Shown: piece by piece, positions 63,925 through 64,000 of the stretch
How the letters are laid out: every line of letters begins with the position of its first letter
How positions within the stretch are numbered: position 1 is the first letter of the stretch
Source: Squalus acanthias
Taxonomy: Eukaryota
Reading direction: 5' to 3'
Length of the DNA: 64,000 nt
Assembly: GCA_030390025.1 (NCBI GenBank)
Contig: CM059438.1
Coordinates: 70,558,001-70,622,000, forward strand
Notes under the pieces: model-generated
Databases searched by the model: none
What the model saw: only the letters and a program-made list of their open reading frames with translations
Told to the model about the DNA's origin: nothing
Made by a program: the position numbers and the translations under genes

Positions 63925-64000
63925 TGCAAGCGGGGAGAGGGTCTTCAAAGGAGGTCCCACAGTTGATAGATTCAAGCTGCAGCACCTCCGACTTCGAAGG

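Larger units (their letters stand above)
61758..64000. mobile_element. PIF/Harbinger transposon C (right end outside the window, Myb gene truncated)
   Basis: TIR-like GGGGCCAAAATT. Myb start MSNSKPRASPRLSDEALQMLFEGV at 62135 breaks off near 62310. Transposase on minus strand. Confidence 0.82.

Overview
Repeat-dense eukaryotic DNA, most likely intronic or intergenic sequence from a cartilaginous fish (inferred from DeuSINE/SacSINE1-like SINEs and the CR1/L2 and Penelope families present). No host protein-coding gene, rRNA, true tRNA or CRISPR array can be confidently called. The main contents are: (i) three large decayed PIF/Harbinger transposons, each pairing a Myb/SANT-like gene (spliced in the two complete copies) with a convergent HARBI1-like DDE transposase, plus two internally deleted copies and about six Harbinger-type MITEs; (ii) CR1 and L2-type LINE fragments, one with an open 424-aa RT ORF; (iii) Penelope-like (GIY-YIG) remnants and very short insertions carrying minimal type I hammerhead ribozyme motifs; (iv) SINEs, a solo LTR, hAT and Tigger-type MITEs, and a 2.6-kb G-rich minisatellite. 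The most notable signals are the ~100-200 bp hammerhead-bearing modules inserted with their own target-site duplications, a conserved CCAAT-CRE-TATA-like module shared across Harbinger ends, a 73-bp duplication flanking a nested CR1, and an unexplained 103-bp hairpin-like direct repeat. All calls were made by eye, and boundaries without a TIR or TSD are approximate.
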